IMG/VR virus record: IMGVR_UViG_3300005581_002829
Location: 1 to 63,593 of that record
Length of the DNA stretch: 63,593 bases
Source: a virus
Lineage: Duplodnaviria > Caudoviricetes
Reading direction: 5' to 3' (one strand)
Shown: piece after piece, positions 29,698-39,201 of the stretch
How the letters are laid out: every line of letters starts with the position of its first letter
Numbering within the stretch: the first letter of the stretch is position 1
Position numbers and translations under genes: made by a program
The notes under the pieces: generated by a model
The model's database searches: none
The model's input: only the letters and a program-made list of their open reading frames with translations
Told to the model about the DNA's origin: nothing

Positions 29698-30758
29698 GCG
29701 TCCTCGTAGTTCTGTGCTTCAACGTATAGAGTTTTGAGAATGCTTTTTAGTTTATCTTTATCGGCATCTGTCTCTACCCCATCTACATAATTGGTCAATA
29801 AAGTCATAGTATCTTCCAAGTCAATATTTTCATCTATTGCTTCAGATTCGAATTCAGAAAAGTCCTCAATAATTTTTAATTCAATAGGATTTTCTTTATA
29901 CAATGCTTCAACGAATTTATCAAACTTGTAGTAATCTTTTTTATTAACAACTATTAATTTTAACAACTTATTAGTAAAAATGCTAGTGTCTACAGAACTA
30001 GGATCATCCTTTTCATCGTCGTAATAATACTTCTCAAATATAGTATATGGATTTTTAATAAATTCTAATTCCAATGTCTTTGTATCAAAGATATGAAATC
30101 CTCTTTCATCATCATAATCATTCCAATATAGTTGGTAAGGATTGCCAATATATTTAATATGTCCCTTACTATGCTTATGATGGAAATGTCCAGAACAGAC
30201 AAGATCATAGTCTTTAAAAAAACTAGGATCCATTCCCGAATGATCTACATACGCGTCTTGTCCTTTAAACATAATGAATCCGGCAAGTTCTAAATGTCCA
30301 AAACATACTTTAGCTGCACCTGATTTAATTAGTTGTAAAGAATGTTCCCAATTATCTGCACATATCCAAGGCATCAATAAAATATTTAGATTGTCATAGG
30401 TAACAATATCTGCTTTATCATAGGTAGTTAGATTTGGATATTCACCCAATAACAAGTTTGGAGAATTTACATCATTTGTATTTTTAAAAAATGTATCATG
30501 ATTGCCAACAATCATGTCCATATGTATTCCTCTGTTGTTAGCTTCTTCAAAGAAATATGATCTACAAGATTTTAACGAATTAAAATTAATATATTTTCTA
30601 CGATCAAAGCAATCACCTAAATGAATAATTTGATTGATATTTCTTTTTTCCAACTCGGGAAAGAAAATATCCTCATAGAACCTTTTAAAGTATGCGTCAA
30701 ATTGTTGCGAGTCCGATCTTGCTCCAAAATGAGTATCTGTAACTAAAGCTATTTTCAT
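29694..30758 (-). CDS. gp47: Recombination nuclease gp47 (Mre11/SbcD-like)
   Basis: TDTHFG, LGDCFDRR, GNHD, GHFH. Confidence 0.97.
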   Translation of the reverse strand: MKIALVTDTHFGARSDSQQFDAYFKRFYEDIFFPELEKRNINQIIHLGDCFDRRKYINFNSLKSCRSYFFEEANNRGIHMDMIVGNHDTFFKNTNDVNSPNLLLGEYPNLTTYDKADIVTYDNLNILLMPWICADNWEHSLQLIKSGAAKVCFGHLELAGFIMFKGQDAYVDHSGMDPSFFKDYDLVCSGHFHHKHSKGHIKYIGNPYQLYWNDYDDERGFHIFDTKTLELEFIKNPYTIFEKYYYDDEKDDPSSVDTSIFTNKLLKLIVVNKKDYYKFDKFVEALYKENPIELKIIEDFSEFESEAIDENIDLEDTMTLLTNYVDGVETDADKDKLKSILKTLYVEAQNYEDA

Positions 30759-30759
30759 A

Positions 30760-31218
30760 TTACCCCTGATATTTGGATTTCAAATATGCTTCATTCTGAA
30801 TCCATTTATTTTTAACTAAGAAGCCCCAATCCCGTTTGTGTTTACCCGGCATAAACAATGTCCATGTTTCTACATCTGGATCTAACTCAATGCGATGAAA
30901 ACTATTAGCAGAACAAGTGCGAAAATGACCAGGCTTCCTCCAAGCTGCAATTTCATTGATTTTTTCTCCCTCATTATTAAACTGAGGAATCCATTCCCAG
31001 TAACCACCTTTTAAAATTAAAGTGGCATAGGGCCACGGATGATCATGAACATCGTCAGGATCACCCTTTAAAAACTTATGGAGGAATATATTGAACGGAA
31101 ATCTTTTTCTATCTTTAAGGAAAAGATAGTATCTTTCAAGATAGGGTTCGTTGTTTACCCTGTCCATTATAATTCTTTTCCTACCTAGCTTTTCTAAAGC
31201 ATTTAAAAACCATTGCAT
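30760..31218 (-). CDS. Cupin-like hypothetical protein
   Basis: HDHPW...GGYWE...FHRIEL...WGF. Confidence 0.7.
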   Translation of the reverse strand: MQWFLNALEKLGRKRIIMDRVNNEPYLERYYLFLKDRKRFPFNIFLHKFLKGDPDDVHDHPWPYATLILKGGYWEWIPQFNNEGEKINEIAAWRKPGHFRTCSANSFHRIELDPDVETWTLFMPGKHKRDWGFLVKNKWIQNEAYLKSKYQG

Positions 31219-31279
31219 AATGTTACCACCATAAAAATTACAAACGCTAGTTCAACAATAAAAGAACAAATTAAAACTG

Positions 31280-31302
31280 GGACTGCGTTAATACCACAGT
31301 CC
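31280..31302 (-). terminator. Hairpin after queD (possible terminator)
   Basis: GGACTGTG-7 nt-CGCAGTCC followed by CAGTTTT. Confidence 0.4.
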
Positions 31303-31320
31303 ACAGAATATAAAAATTCA

Positions 31321-31800
31321 TTAATCCACGAATTCATTGTCTTCACGATGACCAACCCTCATTGCCATATTCGCATCTGTTTCTCGTACTTCAACCTTGC
31401 AACACCAGATTCTATCTGCTTCGGATTTGCCATATGCAGGCAAGAAGATAGTGTTAACATACTCATACAAAAAATTAGAAATCCCTTCACAACCTGTTTT
31501 CTCCACCTCTGTTATTTTTGCAAGTTTTAATTTACCTAATTCTAAAAGATGTTCCCTCATAGGATCATCCTGTGCTACAAGCAATGTATGATCGAACCAA
31601 TCTTCTAGATGACCCTTTAAAGGTTTAAGTCCCCCAAAGTCCATGCACCAATTACGAGCATCTAAAGTATCACATTCAAATTCAAAGTGAAATGATAATG
31701 CATACCCATGAATCAAATTGCAATGACTGTCCGCTCTCCATTGTCTGTATGCCACTGGTCCAATTTGTTTATAAGTTTTAGTTGAGATATATTTTGCCAT
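31321..31800 (-). CDS. queD: 6-carboxy-5,6,7,8-tetrahydropterin synthase QueD
   Basis: HCNLIHGY (CxxxHG), MDFGGLK, FDH, GCE, VRET. Confidence 0.9.
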   Translation of the reverse strand: MAKYISTKTYKQIGPVAYRQWRADSHCNLIHGYALSFHFEFECDTLDARNWCMDFGGLKPLKGHLEDWFDHTLLVAQDDPMREHLLELGKLKLAKITEVEKTGCEGISNFLYEYVNTIFLPAYGKSEADRIWCCKVEVRETDANMAMRVGHREDNEFVD

Positions 31801-31829
31801 CTCTTGCCTCCTCGAGTAAGTTTGATGAC

Positions 31830-31870
31830 ACGCAGAATATTTTAAGAGGGATGAGCGTCGGAAGACCTCT
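31830..31870 (-). ncRNA. Candidate preQ1-I-like riboswitch / H-type pseudoknot upstream of queD
   Basis: AGAGG-UCUUCCGACGCUCAUC-CCUCU-UAAAAUAUUCU-GCGU; loop ACGC complementary to downstream GCGU. Confidence 0.5.
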
Positions 31871-32873
31871 GTTGCATTTTATTAAAAGTATCAGAATAAT
31901 ACCAATTATGCAGATCGCAAATTATATTGTCTAGATTCTTTTCTGGTTTCCAAGAAGTTGCTCTTTTTAACTTTGAAGAATTCGCAATTAAAATTGCAGG
32001 ATCGCCTTGTCTAGCTTTATCAAAAACAACTACAATACTGTTGTCAATTCTTTTTTTCTTAATCAAATAATCATCTACTGCTTTATATATTTGAAGATTA
32101 GAATACCCCTTCAATGATCCTATATTATATATGCCTTTGATATTATTCTCAATAGCCGAGATATGTGCTTTTGCAATATCTGTCACATGAACATAGTCTC
32201 GAATACAAGTACCATCTTTAGTATTATAATCTGTACCATACATAGTAAAGTGTTCATTTGTAATCGCAGCTTCAAATAACTTTGCAAAGATATGAGTAGC
32301 ACCTGGTTCTTGTCCATGAATGCCCTCTTGCACTGCACCGCAAGCATTAAAATATCTAAAAGAAACATAATCCATTTTATATGCTTTATTAAAAGAATGC
32401 AATATTTGCTCAACCATTAATTTGGATTCACCATACGGTGAAATAGGAGCAGTACCGGAGCTTTCAAAAATAGCATGATTAGATGAATGTTGTCCATACA
32501 CCGAAGCACTACTACTAAAAATAAATTTAATTTTAGGTGCCCATCTACGAATATAGTCTAAATATTTTAAAGTTTTACTTACATTATTATCATAATATTC
32601 CCAAGGATCTATTACACTAGGACCAACTAAACTAGTACCAGCGCAATGTATAATTCCAATAGGATTTTTTTCAATTTCTTCTAAGGAAAAAGGATGAGTA
32701 AAACATTCATGAATGAAACGATCTACGTATGATTCAAGGTGTTCAGGCAATTTTCGTCTGTCAACACCTACTACTGTATATCCTTGTTTCTTCAATTCAA
32801 TACAAATGGAACCACCGATATATCCGGCGGCACCTGTAACAATTACTGTTTTAGTATTTTGCTGTTGGGACAT
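31842..32873 (-). CDS. galE: UDP-glucose 4-epimerase
   Basis: TGAAGYIG, FSSSASVYG, PYGESK, FRYFNACG, DGTCIRDYVHV, RQGDPA. Confidence 0.92.
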   Translation of the reverse strand: MSQQQNTKTVIVTGAAGYIGGSICIELKKQGYTVVGVDRRKLPEHLESYVDRFIHECFTHPFSLEEIEKNPIGIIHCAGTSLVGPSVIDPWEYYDNNVSKTLKYLDYIRRWAPKIKFIFSSSASVYGQHSSNHAIFESSGTAPISPYGESKLMVEQILHSFNKAYKMDYVSFRYFNACGAVQEGIHGQEPGATHIFAKLFEAAITNEHFTMYGTDYNTKDGTCIRDYVHVTDIAKAHISAIENNIKGIYNIGSLKGYSNLQIYKAVDDYLIKKKRIDNSIVVVFDKARQGDPAILIANSSKLKRATSWKPEKNLDNIICDLHNWYYSDTFNKMQQRSSDAHPS

Positions 32874-34020
32874 GATTTCTATAATCCTTAGTTCCTCGAT
32901 ACCAATGCTCATTAGTGTCAAACATAATATCTAAACATCTATCAATTGTACCTGTTGTCCAATTAGATAATTGGCCCATTCTTTTTCTAGGGGTAACCAA
33001 TAACTTATCTAATTTCTCACAAGCATCATCCATTGACCAGGGAATATATAAACATTCTGCATCATTTGCGAATGTTTCGGGGAATGATCTATACGCGGGG
33101 TATAAGCAATTTGTACCTAGCGCGTCTGCTTCTGATGCTGTATTACTTACCCAATCCTGTAAAGCACAATTAAACAATACTCGCGAATCTGCCAGTAGAC
33201 AATAATATTCATTCTTTTTAAGATTTTCATAGATCTTAAAATTTGCAGTCTTTTCTAATTCTCTTGCACGATCTAAATATTTTTGATCGTTGCTACGTAA
33301 TGGTCCGCCTGATAGAACAGCAAATTCAACATCTCTGTGTTCATGCCCATACCGTTCAATTAAATCCATAAAGAAATTTGGTTGTTTTTCTTGATCGAAT
33401 CTAGCAGCAAACACTACTCGCTTCTTACGAATAATGAATGGTTTAATTTCATTTACTCGACTTTGTACTTCGTCTTTATCAAATGCTAATCCGGAAATAT
33501 TATAGATTGGTGCTTCCCATCCTGCAATTTTAATATGGGCTACCATTTCCTCATTAGATGCAAGAATACCTGTTACAAAAGTATCAGTCATTTTTTCATA
33601 AAAAGCCATCCATTTTTGCATATCCCATACATGAAGAAAATCATCAGGGTCAATTGTTTGTGCCAAGCAACGAACAAAAATTCTAGGATGATATTCCCAA
33701 GCAATTTGATCCATAATATATGGAAGTACTTCCATACCAGGTGTAAACATATCTTCAAAGAAAATAGTATCTTCCCATGTAATCTCACCTGCTTTCATTT
33801 TCTTAACAAGCTTTGCCATTTGCGTTAAAGAATAATAACTACGCCCGTGCGCATCTAATACTTGCCCAGCAACAATTGCTTTAGAATCATCTAAAGTTTC
33901 TCCGTGAATTACTTCATAGTCAATCCCTCGACGTTTAAAAGCAGCCTCGCTCCATTGCTGCAACTGTAAAGTATATCTACCTTCATATGGCTCTAATCCC
34001 ATGTAATATAACTTAGACAT
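32851..34020 (-). CDS. GT-B (GT4-like) glycosyltransferase
   Basis: VVFAARFDQEKQP, NTASEADALG, YRSFPE. Confidence 0.75.
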   Translation of the reverse strand: MSKLYYMGLEPYEGRYTLQLQQWSEAAFKRRGIDYEVIHGETLDDSKAIVAGQVLDAHGRSYYSLTQMAKLVKKMKAGEITWEDTIFFEDMFTPGMEVLPYIMDQIAWEYHPRIFVRCLAQTIDPDDFLHVWDMQKWMAFYEKMTDTFVTGILASNEEMVAHIKIAGWEAPIYNISGLAFDKDEVQSRVNEIKPFIIRKKRVVFAARFDQEKQPNFFMDLIERYGHEHRDVEFAVLSGGPLRSNDQKYLDRARELEKTANFKIYENLKKNEYYCLLADSRVLFNCALQDWVSNTASEADALGTNCLYPAYRSFPETFANDAECLYIPWSMDDACEKLDKLLVTPRKRMGQLSNWTTGTIDRCLDIMFDTNEHWYRGTKDYRNHVPTAKY

Positions 34021-34474
34021 TTTTTACTCCTTCAAAATACATTCTGCATCCGTTTTCGCCATCTTCGGATACTTCAATAATATAGTCTCTGTCGGGCCAA
34101 GTTGCAATAAGTTTATCATATAAATCTCTTGCCATCATTTCGCAAGATTTAAAATCTAATTGTACTGTGCCATCAGAATACCAACGCTCTACAATTCGTT
34201 TAGCTTGAATAAATTCAACATCTCTATCATCATGAAATACTTCCATTTCTACTCTAAAATGAAAAATGTGTCTATGAGGTGTTGCCAAGAAAGAAACATC
34301 CAACCAATCTCCGGTGGCTAATTTTGGATCAGTTGCTGCTGCGGGATATTTGTGAATACCTTCTTTTTGAAAGGTTATCCAAATAAAACTTCTATTTTTG
34401 GTAATGCGATATCCTTTGTTCATAAGGGAATCTACAATTTTAAATGTTCCTGCGTTTGCGTTAATTGTTGTCAT
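34013..34474 (-). CDS. dpdL: QueD-like T-fold protein, DpdL-type candidate (CDG decarboxylase)
   Basis: LATPHRHIF matches LxxxHRHxF; also VEFI, SCE, VSEDGENG; adjacent to dpdA. Confidence 0.65.
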   Translation of the reverse strand: MTTINANAGTFKIVDSLMNKGYRITKNRSFIWITFQKEGIHKYPAAATDPKLATGDWLDVSFLATPHRHIFHFRVEMEVFHDDRDVEFIQAKRIVERWYSDGTVQLDFKSCEMMARDLYDKLIATWPDRDYIIEVSEDGENGCRMYFEGVKNV

Positions 34475-35760
34475 GCGAATAAGTTCTCAAGTGAAGAAGG
34501 AGCCACAATGTTAACCGGTTCAGAATCCATAAACTTGCCAACGTGTTTTTCCCAGTATAAAAAGTCATCAGTATTTTTTACATCAAATAATGTAGAATAT
34601 TCATTCTCACAATTTTTTTCTCTACAGAATCGCAAAAATTCTTCTTTAGAATTCATTAGTGTAGAAACATCTCTTGTAAAATTGTGTACATTAGTTAAAA
34701 TGAAGCTAAGTCTTGCTTCCATAATATCTTTAAATTTGCCTCCCTTTTCCATATACTCCCCAACACTAATATTCATTAGCTTATGAAATTGTTCTGGAGT
34801 ATAATCAGTATCACATACATTATTAATTTCTGTTGTTACTGTTCTATAGATATTTGAAAAGGGTCTTCCCATCTTAACAGATGAACCACCATAATCTGCA
34901 GGTGTGCTTTTCTTGCTGTGCGAGAAATAAAACAATCCATTATCTAAAGACATAGAATGTGTAGTAGAGTCATATGAAATATCAATGCCGTCATATATAC
35001 CAGTTTGACTAAATAATAGATAAGGTAAAATACGCTTTAGTGCACCTACACCTAATACGTGCAAATGAAATGGTTTATCAAATGGAACAGCATTAACATA
35101 AAATGCTCGTTTAACATCTTCAAGTGGCCCCATACCTAGCGCAGCTGATCCCATAGCAACACCACCAATACGACTATGTAATTCTTTTGGAACTTCATCT
35201 AGTAAATATTCTGCCCATAATTTATAAGTATCTGCTCCGGAACCTTGCAGAATAATAAAAGGGCGACACTTACTTTTCATAGAATCAAATTTTTGAATTT
35301 GATCTCGTACATTCTTACCTGTTTGTCTTGCGTATGTCTCAAAATTTTCCATGTCAACATATCTACGCTTAGTATCAATCTTTGCAGACACACCGCTTGC
35401 AGATGTAGACTTAACCGGAATCTCGTCAAATGCCATTCCAATGTCTGCGTATGTTGCTTGATTCTCATAAACTTTATTACGAGTTTCTGGAGTATTTTGT
35501 AGGCCGCGTGTAATAATCTGCAATCCGCCAGAGTCTGCATGAATATTTTTAATTGATGGTCTGTACTTTTGTAGTTTCTTTCCAAAGTTCTTTTCTGTAA
35601 ATCCGTTATACAGTAAAGAAAATTCATGATTATTTTTATTATGAACCGTCTTAGAAATCATATCATTAATCATTTGAAGCGTGTCTACTTCTTCACATTG
35701 CTCTGATCCTAATCGCAAATATGCTGGACCCGAGATAACATATTCTAATATTTTGCTCAT
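34471..35760 (-). CDS. dpdA: DNA-guanine transglycosylase DpdA (TGT family)
   Basis: HADSGGLQ (cf. TGT DSGGFQ), FDEIP, ILQG, HLHVLGVG, SYDSTT; queD/queE/folE context. Confidence 0.8.
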   Translation of the reverse strand: MSKILEYVISGPAYLRLGSEQCEEVDTLQMINDMISKTVHNKNNHEFSLLYNGFTEKNFGKKLQKYRPSIKNIHADSGGLQIITRGLQNTPETRNKVYENQATYADIGMAFDEIPVKSTSASGVSAKIDTKRRYVDMENFETYARQTGKNVRDQIQKFDSMKSKCRPFIILQGSGADTYKLWAEYLLDEVPKELHSRIGGVAMGSAALGMGPLEDVKRAFYVNAVPFDKPFHLHVLGVGALKRILPYLLFSQTGIYDGIDISYDSTTHSMSLDNGLFYFSHSKKSTPADYGGSSVKMGRPFSNIYRTVTTEINNVCDTDYTPEQFHKLMNISVGEYMEKGGKFKDIMEARLSFILTNVHNFTRDVSTLMNSKEEFLRFCREKNCENEYSTLFDVKNTDDFLYWEKHVGKFMDSEPVNIVAPSSLENLFA

Positions 35761-37124
35761 GAAAATAAACTTTCTAAACTATTAACAGTATCTTCTTGTG
35801 GTGTAAAATTTTTATCTTTAGATAAGTATGTACTAGTATCTGTATATATTATATTGTATTTGTACTTATTTGTCAATACAGAACGGACATCATCGATTGA
35901 CAAATCTTTTCTATTTAACTTTAGTATAAAATCAGAATATTTAATCTGTTCATATTCATTAATTGTTGCTCTGGTCGAATTGGATTCTACGGGAGCAAAT
36001 GATTCAAAACAGTCAATCCATTCTTGTATACCTTCATCATGTTCTTTGACAATGGTATTTAGTTGAGATTTGCTATACCAAATTCTAGAATTAGGAAAGT
36101 CTTCGTATAATTTCAATAACAATCTTGGTATATTTTTCTTTTCCTCACACCAATAATTTTGATTACTAAAATTATCCAACCAGGACATACCTTTTAAAGC
36201 AACTGTAGGTAATTGCCCCATACATTCGTAAAATGCTAAACCAAAACTTTCTCTGATTGCGGGGTTATATGCTACCCTTGCAGATGTGATAAAGTCTACC
36301 TTTTCCTTACCATATACTCCAATTTTAATTTCATATTCGGCATCTATTTCTTTCAAGGCTGCTTCAAATTTTTTGGCACCATTAGTATTGGTAATTACTT
36401 TTGCCGGCAATTTTGTTTCCTTAATTGCGCGAATAAATTCTTCGGGATTCTTTCTTGGTTCCCAACGACCAATCCAAAGCACACCGCTTCTTTCTTTAGT
36501 ATGTTCTTCTAACAAAGATTTTTCAGACATGGGGATTGGAAGGTATTTTGCATTGTGTAATTTTTGCCCATATAATTCTAAAAGGTTTCTCTTAGTCTGT
36601 GTGCCAATAGTGATACCTTTAACTTTCATCAAAACATTAAACAATTCATTAAACGATTCTGTAAACTCATTCTTCCATGTTCTATCATCTAAGAATACCA
36701 TACTTTCATTATGAGTATAGTAAACAACTTGAATAGACTTATGTAGATTCAAAGCATAAATGCCTGGGAATGATTCTAATGTGTTACAAATAATAATATC
36801 ATAAAGATTAGTATTTAAAGCATACATCATAGAATCTCTAAATGCAGACATCTTTTCAAAGTTATACGAATCCTCAAACATAAATGTTTTAGTATGTGCG
36901 CTATAAGATTTAGGTTCAGGATTACTAACAAAGTTTGCACCTTGACTTTCTAAGTATTCTTTGAAGGATACATTAGAAGTGGGCTTATCAGTAATGATAT
37001 CTATCTTATACCCAAGAGGCGTAAAAGTCTCAATAAAACTTTTAGCAAATTGACCTAAGCCTCCGTGAGGAATAGTGTGTTGATCGCTCAAACAAAAAGC
37101 AATTCTTTTCTTATATGTCTTCAT
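35757..37124 (-). CDS. GT-B (GT4-like) glycosyltransferase
   Basis: PHGGLGQF, WIGRWEPRKNP, ESFGLAFYE (ExxGxxxxE). Confidence 0.82.
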   Translation of the reverse strand: MKTYKKRIAFCLSDQHTIPHGGLGQFAKSFIETFTPLGYKIDIITDKPTSNVSFKEYLESQGANFVSNPEPKSYSAHTKTFMFEDSYNFEKMSAFRDSMMYALNTNLYDIIICNTLESFPGIYALNLHKSIQVVYYTHNESMVFLDDRTWKNEFTESFNELFNVLMKVKGITIGTQTKRNLLELYGQKLHNAKYLPIPMSEKSLLEEHTKERSGVLWIGRWEPRKNPEEFIRAIKETKLPAKVITNTNGAKKFEAALKEIDAEYEIKIGVYGKEKVDFITSARVAYNPAIRESFGLAFYECMGQLPTVALKGMSWLDNFSNQNYWCEEKKNIPRLLLKLYEDFPNSRIWYSKSQLNTIVKEHDEGIQEWIDCFESFAPVESNSTRATINEYEQIKYSDFILKLNRKDLSIDDVRSVLTNKYKYNIIYTDTSTYLSKDKNFTPQEDTVNSLESLFS

Positions 37125-37633
37125 TACTCACCCAGAATTTTAATTAAGTGTTTAGTCTGATACACAGCATCATCTAGAGCATTATGGTATACGCCTTGAC
37201 GTTCATCTGCAGGTACCCAATGGAATAAAGCTTTAACTGTTCTATAGCAACGGTCATCCCAGCATTTCCATGGTGGTTCTCTGTTAGTATTAAAATACGC
37301 ATTTGCCAAAATTGTGTTATCAAATACCGCACCGTTTCCCCAGATAGGCAAACTCTTAGGACCAAACCAATCTGAAAATTTTGTTAATGCCTCATCCAAA
37401 GGAATATTATTACGAGTTAATTCCCGCAGTGCTTCTTTGTTTTGCTCCGACCACCATTTAACTGTATCTTTTGATATATGAAAACCTGCGTCTTTGCAAG
37501 TTTTAATATCAATGGTGCAATAAAATTTATCAAGTATTTCTTTGCCTTCAAATTTAACTGCACCTATAGAACAAATTGCAGCATTCGATCTTGTTGACAT
37601 TGTTTCTAAGTCAACCATTATATTAACTGTCAT
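37124..37633 (-). CDS. DEDDh 3'-5' exonuclease (DexA/Rv2179c-like)
   Basis: MVDLET, WGNGAVFD, HNALDDA. Confidence 0.9.
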   Translation of the reverse strand: MTVNIMVDLETMSTRSNAAICSIGAVKFEGKEILDKFYCTIDIKTCKDAGFHISKDTVKWWSEQNKEALRELTRNNIPLDEALTKFSDWFGPKSLPIWGNGAVFDNTILANAYFNTNREPPWKCWDDRCYRTVKALFHWVPADERQGVYHNALDDAVYQTKHLIKILGE

Positions 37634-37634
37634 A

Positions 37635-38276
37635 TTATCTTTCCATTAAATCGTCTACAAAATTTAGTAATAATTTGTGATGTTGTCCCTTATGATATTT
37701 ACCCTTTAACCAAGAATAACTATCATACCAAAATTCTTCACTTTCCGGATGGCAACCTATAAGTCCAATTTTATCTTGTATAATTGCCATTGGATCGCCG
37801 TTAGCATAAGTTGCAATAGTATCATACTTGCTATCCCCTATTATAGCACAACCATCATAGAAGAACATATGCTGAGGTTGTCCTAACCAATTTACTTTTA
37901 TATTTTTTGCATGGGGTCTTTTGGTATCAGTGTTTGGTCTTTTTATATATTGAACTGCTTTTGCACCACCTAATATATTTAAATAATGTTTGCTTGCCCA
38001 ATATGCTCCCATACAAATACCTAGATATTTTCCACCGTTATCAACAAAATCAATTACTCGAGAAGCGTTGTGTTTAAATAATTTATCGTATGAATTAGAG
38101 TCACCAAAGCCTCCAGGCACAGCAACCATGTCTACATTATCAAAGAAATTTGTTTCTAATTCATTTTTAGAAAACAATTTAAATTTATAGTGAGAATCCA
38201 AAGATTTGATTATACCATTTCCGCTTTGAACAGAACATTTTGGATCATTTATAAACAACGCAACCGTTGGCTTCAT
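37635..38276 (-). CDS. Class I glutamine amidotransferase-like protein (BPL-N family)
   Basis: VPGG, YLGICMGAY (Cys nucleophile elbow), GCHPE (His-x-Glu). Confidence 0.8.
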   Translation of the reverse strand: MKPTVALFINDPKCSVQSGNGIIKSLDSHYKFKLFSKNELETNFFDNVDMVAVPGGFGDSNSYDKLFKHNASRVIDFVDNGGKYLGICMGAYWASKHYLNILGGAKAVQYIKRPNTDTKRPHAKNIKVNWLGQPQHMFFYDGCAIIGDSKYDTIATYANGDPMAIIQDKIGLIGCHPESEEFWYDSYSWLKGKYHKGQHHKLLLNFVDDLMER

Positions 38277-38280
38277 TGAA

Positions 38281-38961
38281 TCACTTGTTAGTCATTCTTG
38301 CAATTTGATAAAATTCATTTCGCACTTCTGGAACATTTTTAAACCCACCACCTAAACGGACTGTTACTGTAGAACTACCGGTATCTTCAACACCTCGAGA
38401 TTTAACACAATAGTGTTGTGCATCAATTAATACTGCAACATCTTCGGTCTCAAGAATAAATTGTAGTGTATGAAAAATTTGTTCTGTTAGACGTTCTTGA
38501 ATCTGAGGACGTTTTGAGAAATATTCTACAATACGATTAATTTTACTTAAGCCGAGTACTTTGCCTTTAGGAACATATGCGACTGTAGCAAGTCCATCAA
38601 TAACAACAAAGTGATGTTCGCAATTACTTTGTACGTTAACATTACGTTCACATACCATTTCATTATATTTCATTTTGTTATCAACTGTAGTACATTTAGG
38701 GAATGCTTCATAATCGAGTCCCCAAAAGATTTCATTAACATACATCTTAGCAACACGCTTAGGCGTTTCAATTAAACTATCGTCTGATAAGTCAAGCCCA
38801 AGAATACGCATGATGTATGTAAAATGCCCTTCGATAGCTTCGATCTTATCTTTACGATCGTAACTATTTGGAATAGTAGGAGTTTCAACTCCCATCTTAA
38901 CTAAATGTTCGTGAACTTTTTGACCTAACTCAGGGTCAGTTTTTGTCTTGTTATATGACAT
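38281..38961 (-). CDS. folE: GTP cyclohydrolase I
   Basis: ETPKRVAKMY, SNCEHHF, GLSKINRIV, RPQIQERLT, HYCVKSRG. Confidence 0.97.
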   Translation of the reverse strand: MSYNKTKTDPELGQKVHEHLVKMGVETPTIPNSYDRKDKIEAIEGHFTYIMRILGLDLSDDSLIETPKRVAKMYVNEIFWGLDYEAFPKCTTVDNKMKYNEMVCERNVNVQSNCEHHFVVIDGLATVAYVPKGKVLGLSKINRIVEYFSKRPQIQERLTEQIFHTLQFILETEDVAVLIDAQHYCVKSRGVEDTGSSTVTVRLGGGFKNVPEVRNEFYQIARMTNK

Positions 38962-39030
38962 TTTTGAATCCTTCCTTACACGGATATGATGTTTGAAAAA
39001 TGTTACCGTTGTGTAACATTATTATTTATT
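38962..39030 (-). promoter_or_regulatory. Structured folE leader (hairpin plus possible pseudoknot next to the SD)
   Basis: AATGTTAC-ACAACG-GTAACATT-TTT; downstream CCGTGT adjoins SD AAGGAAGG; AATAAATA upstream. Confidence 0.4.
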
Positions 39031-39201
39031 AGTTTTGTTTTCTTCTAGTGCGTTTAGATAACCACGTTCATAATCTTCTGCATCTGCCTCAGCATCTTCA
39101 ATTGTTTTATATGGATTATAAAAATAATCATTAGTTTTTCCAGAATCGTAACCTTGTTTATAAGGTGCTTCTGCGTATAGTTCAATTTTCTTTTTTGCCA
39201 T
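39022..39201 (-). CDS. Hypothetical protein
   Basis: Short ORF with SD AGGAG; YKQGY/YERGY repeats. Confidence 0.55.
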   Translation of the reverse strand: MAKKKIELYAEAPYKQGYDSGKTNDYFYNPYKTIEDAEADAEDYERGYLNALEENKTNK

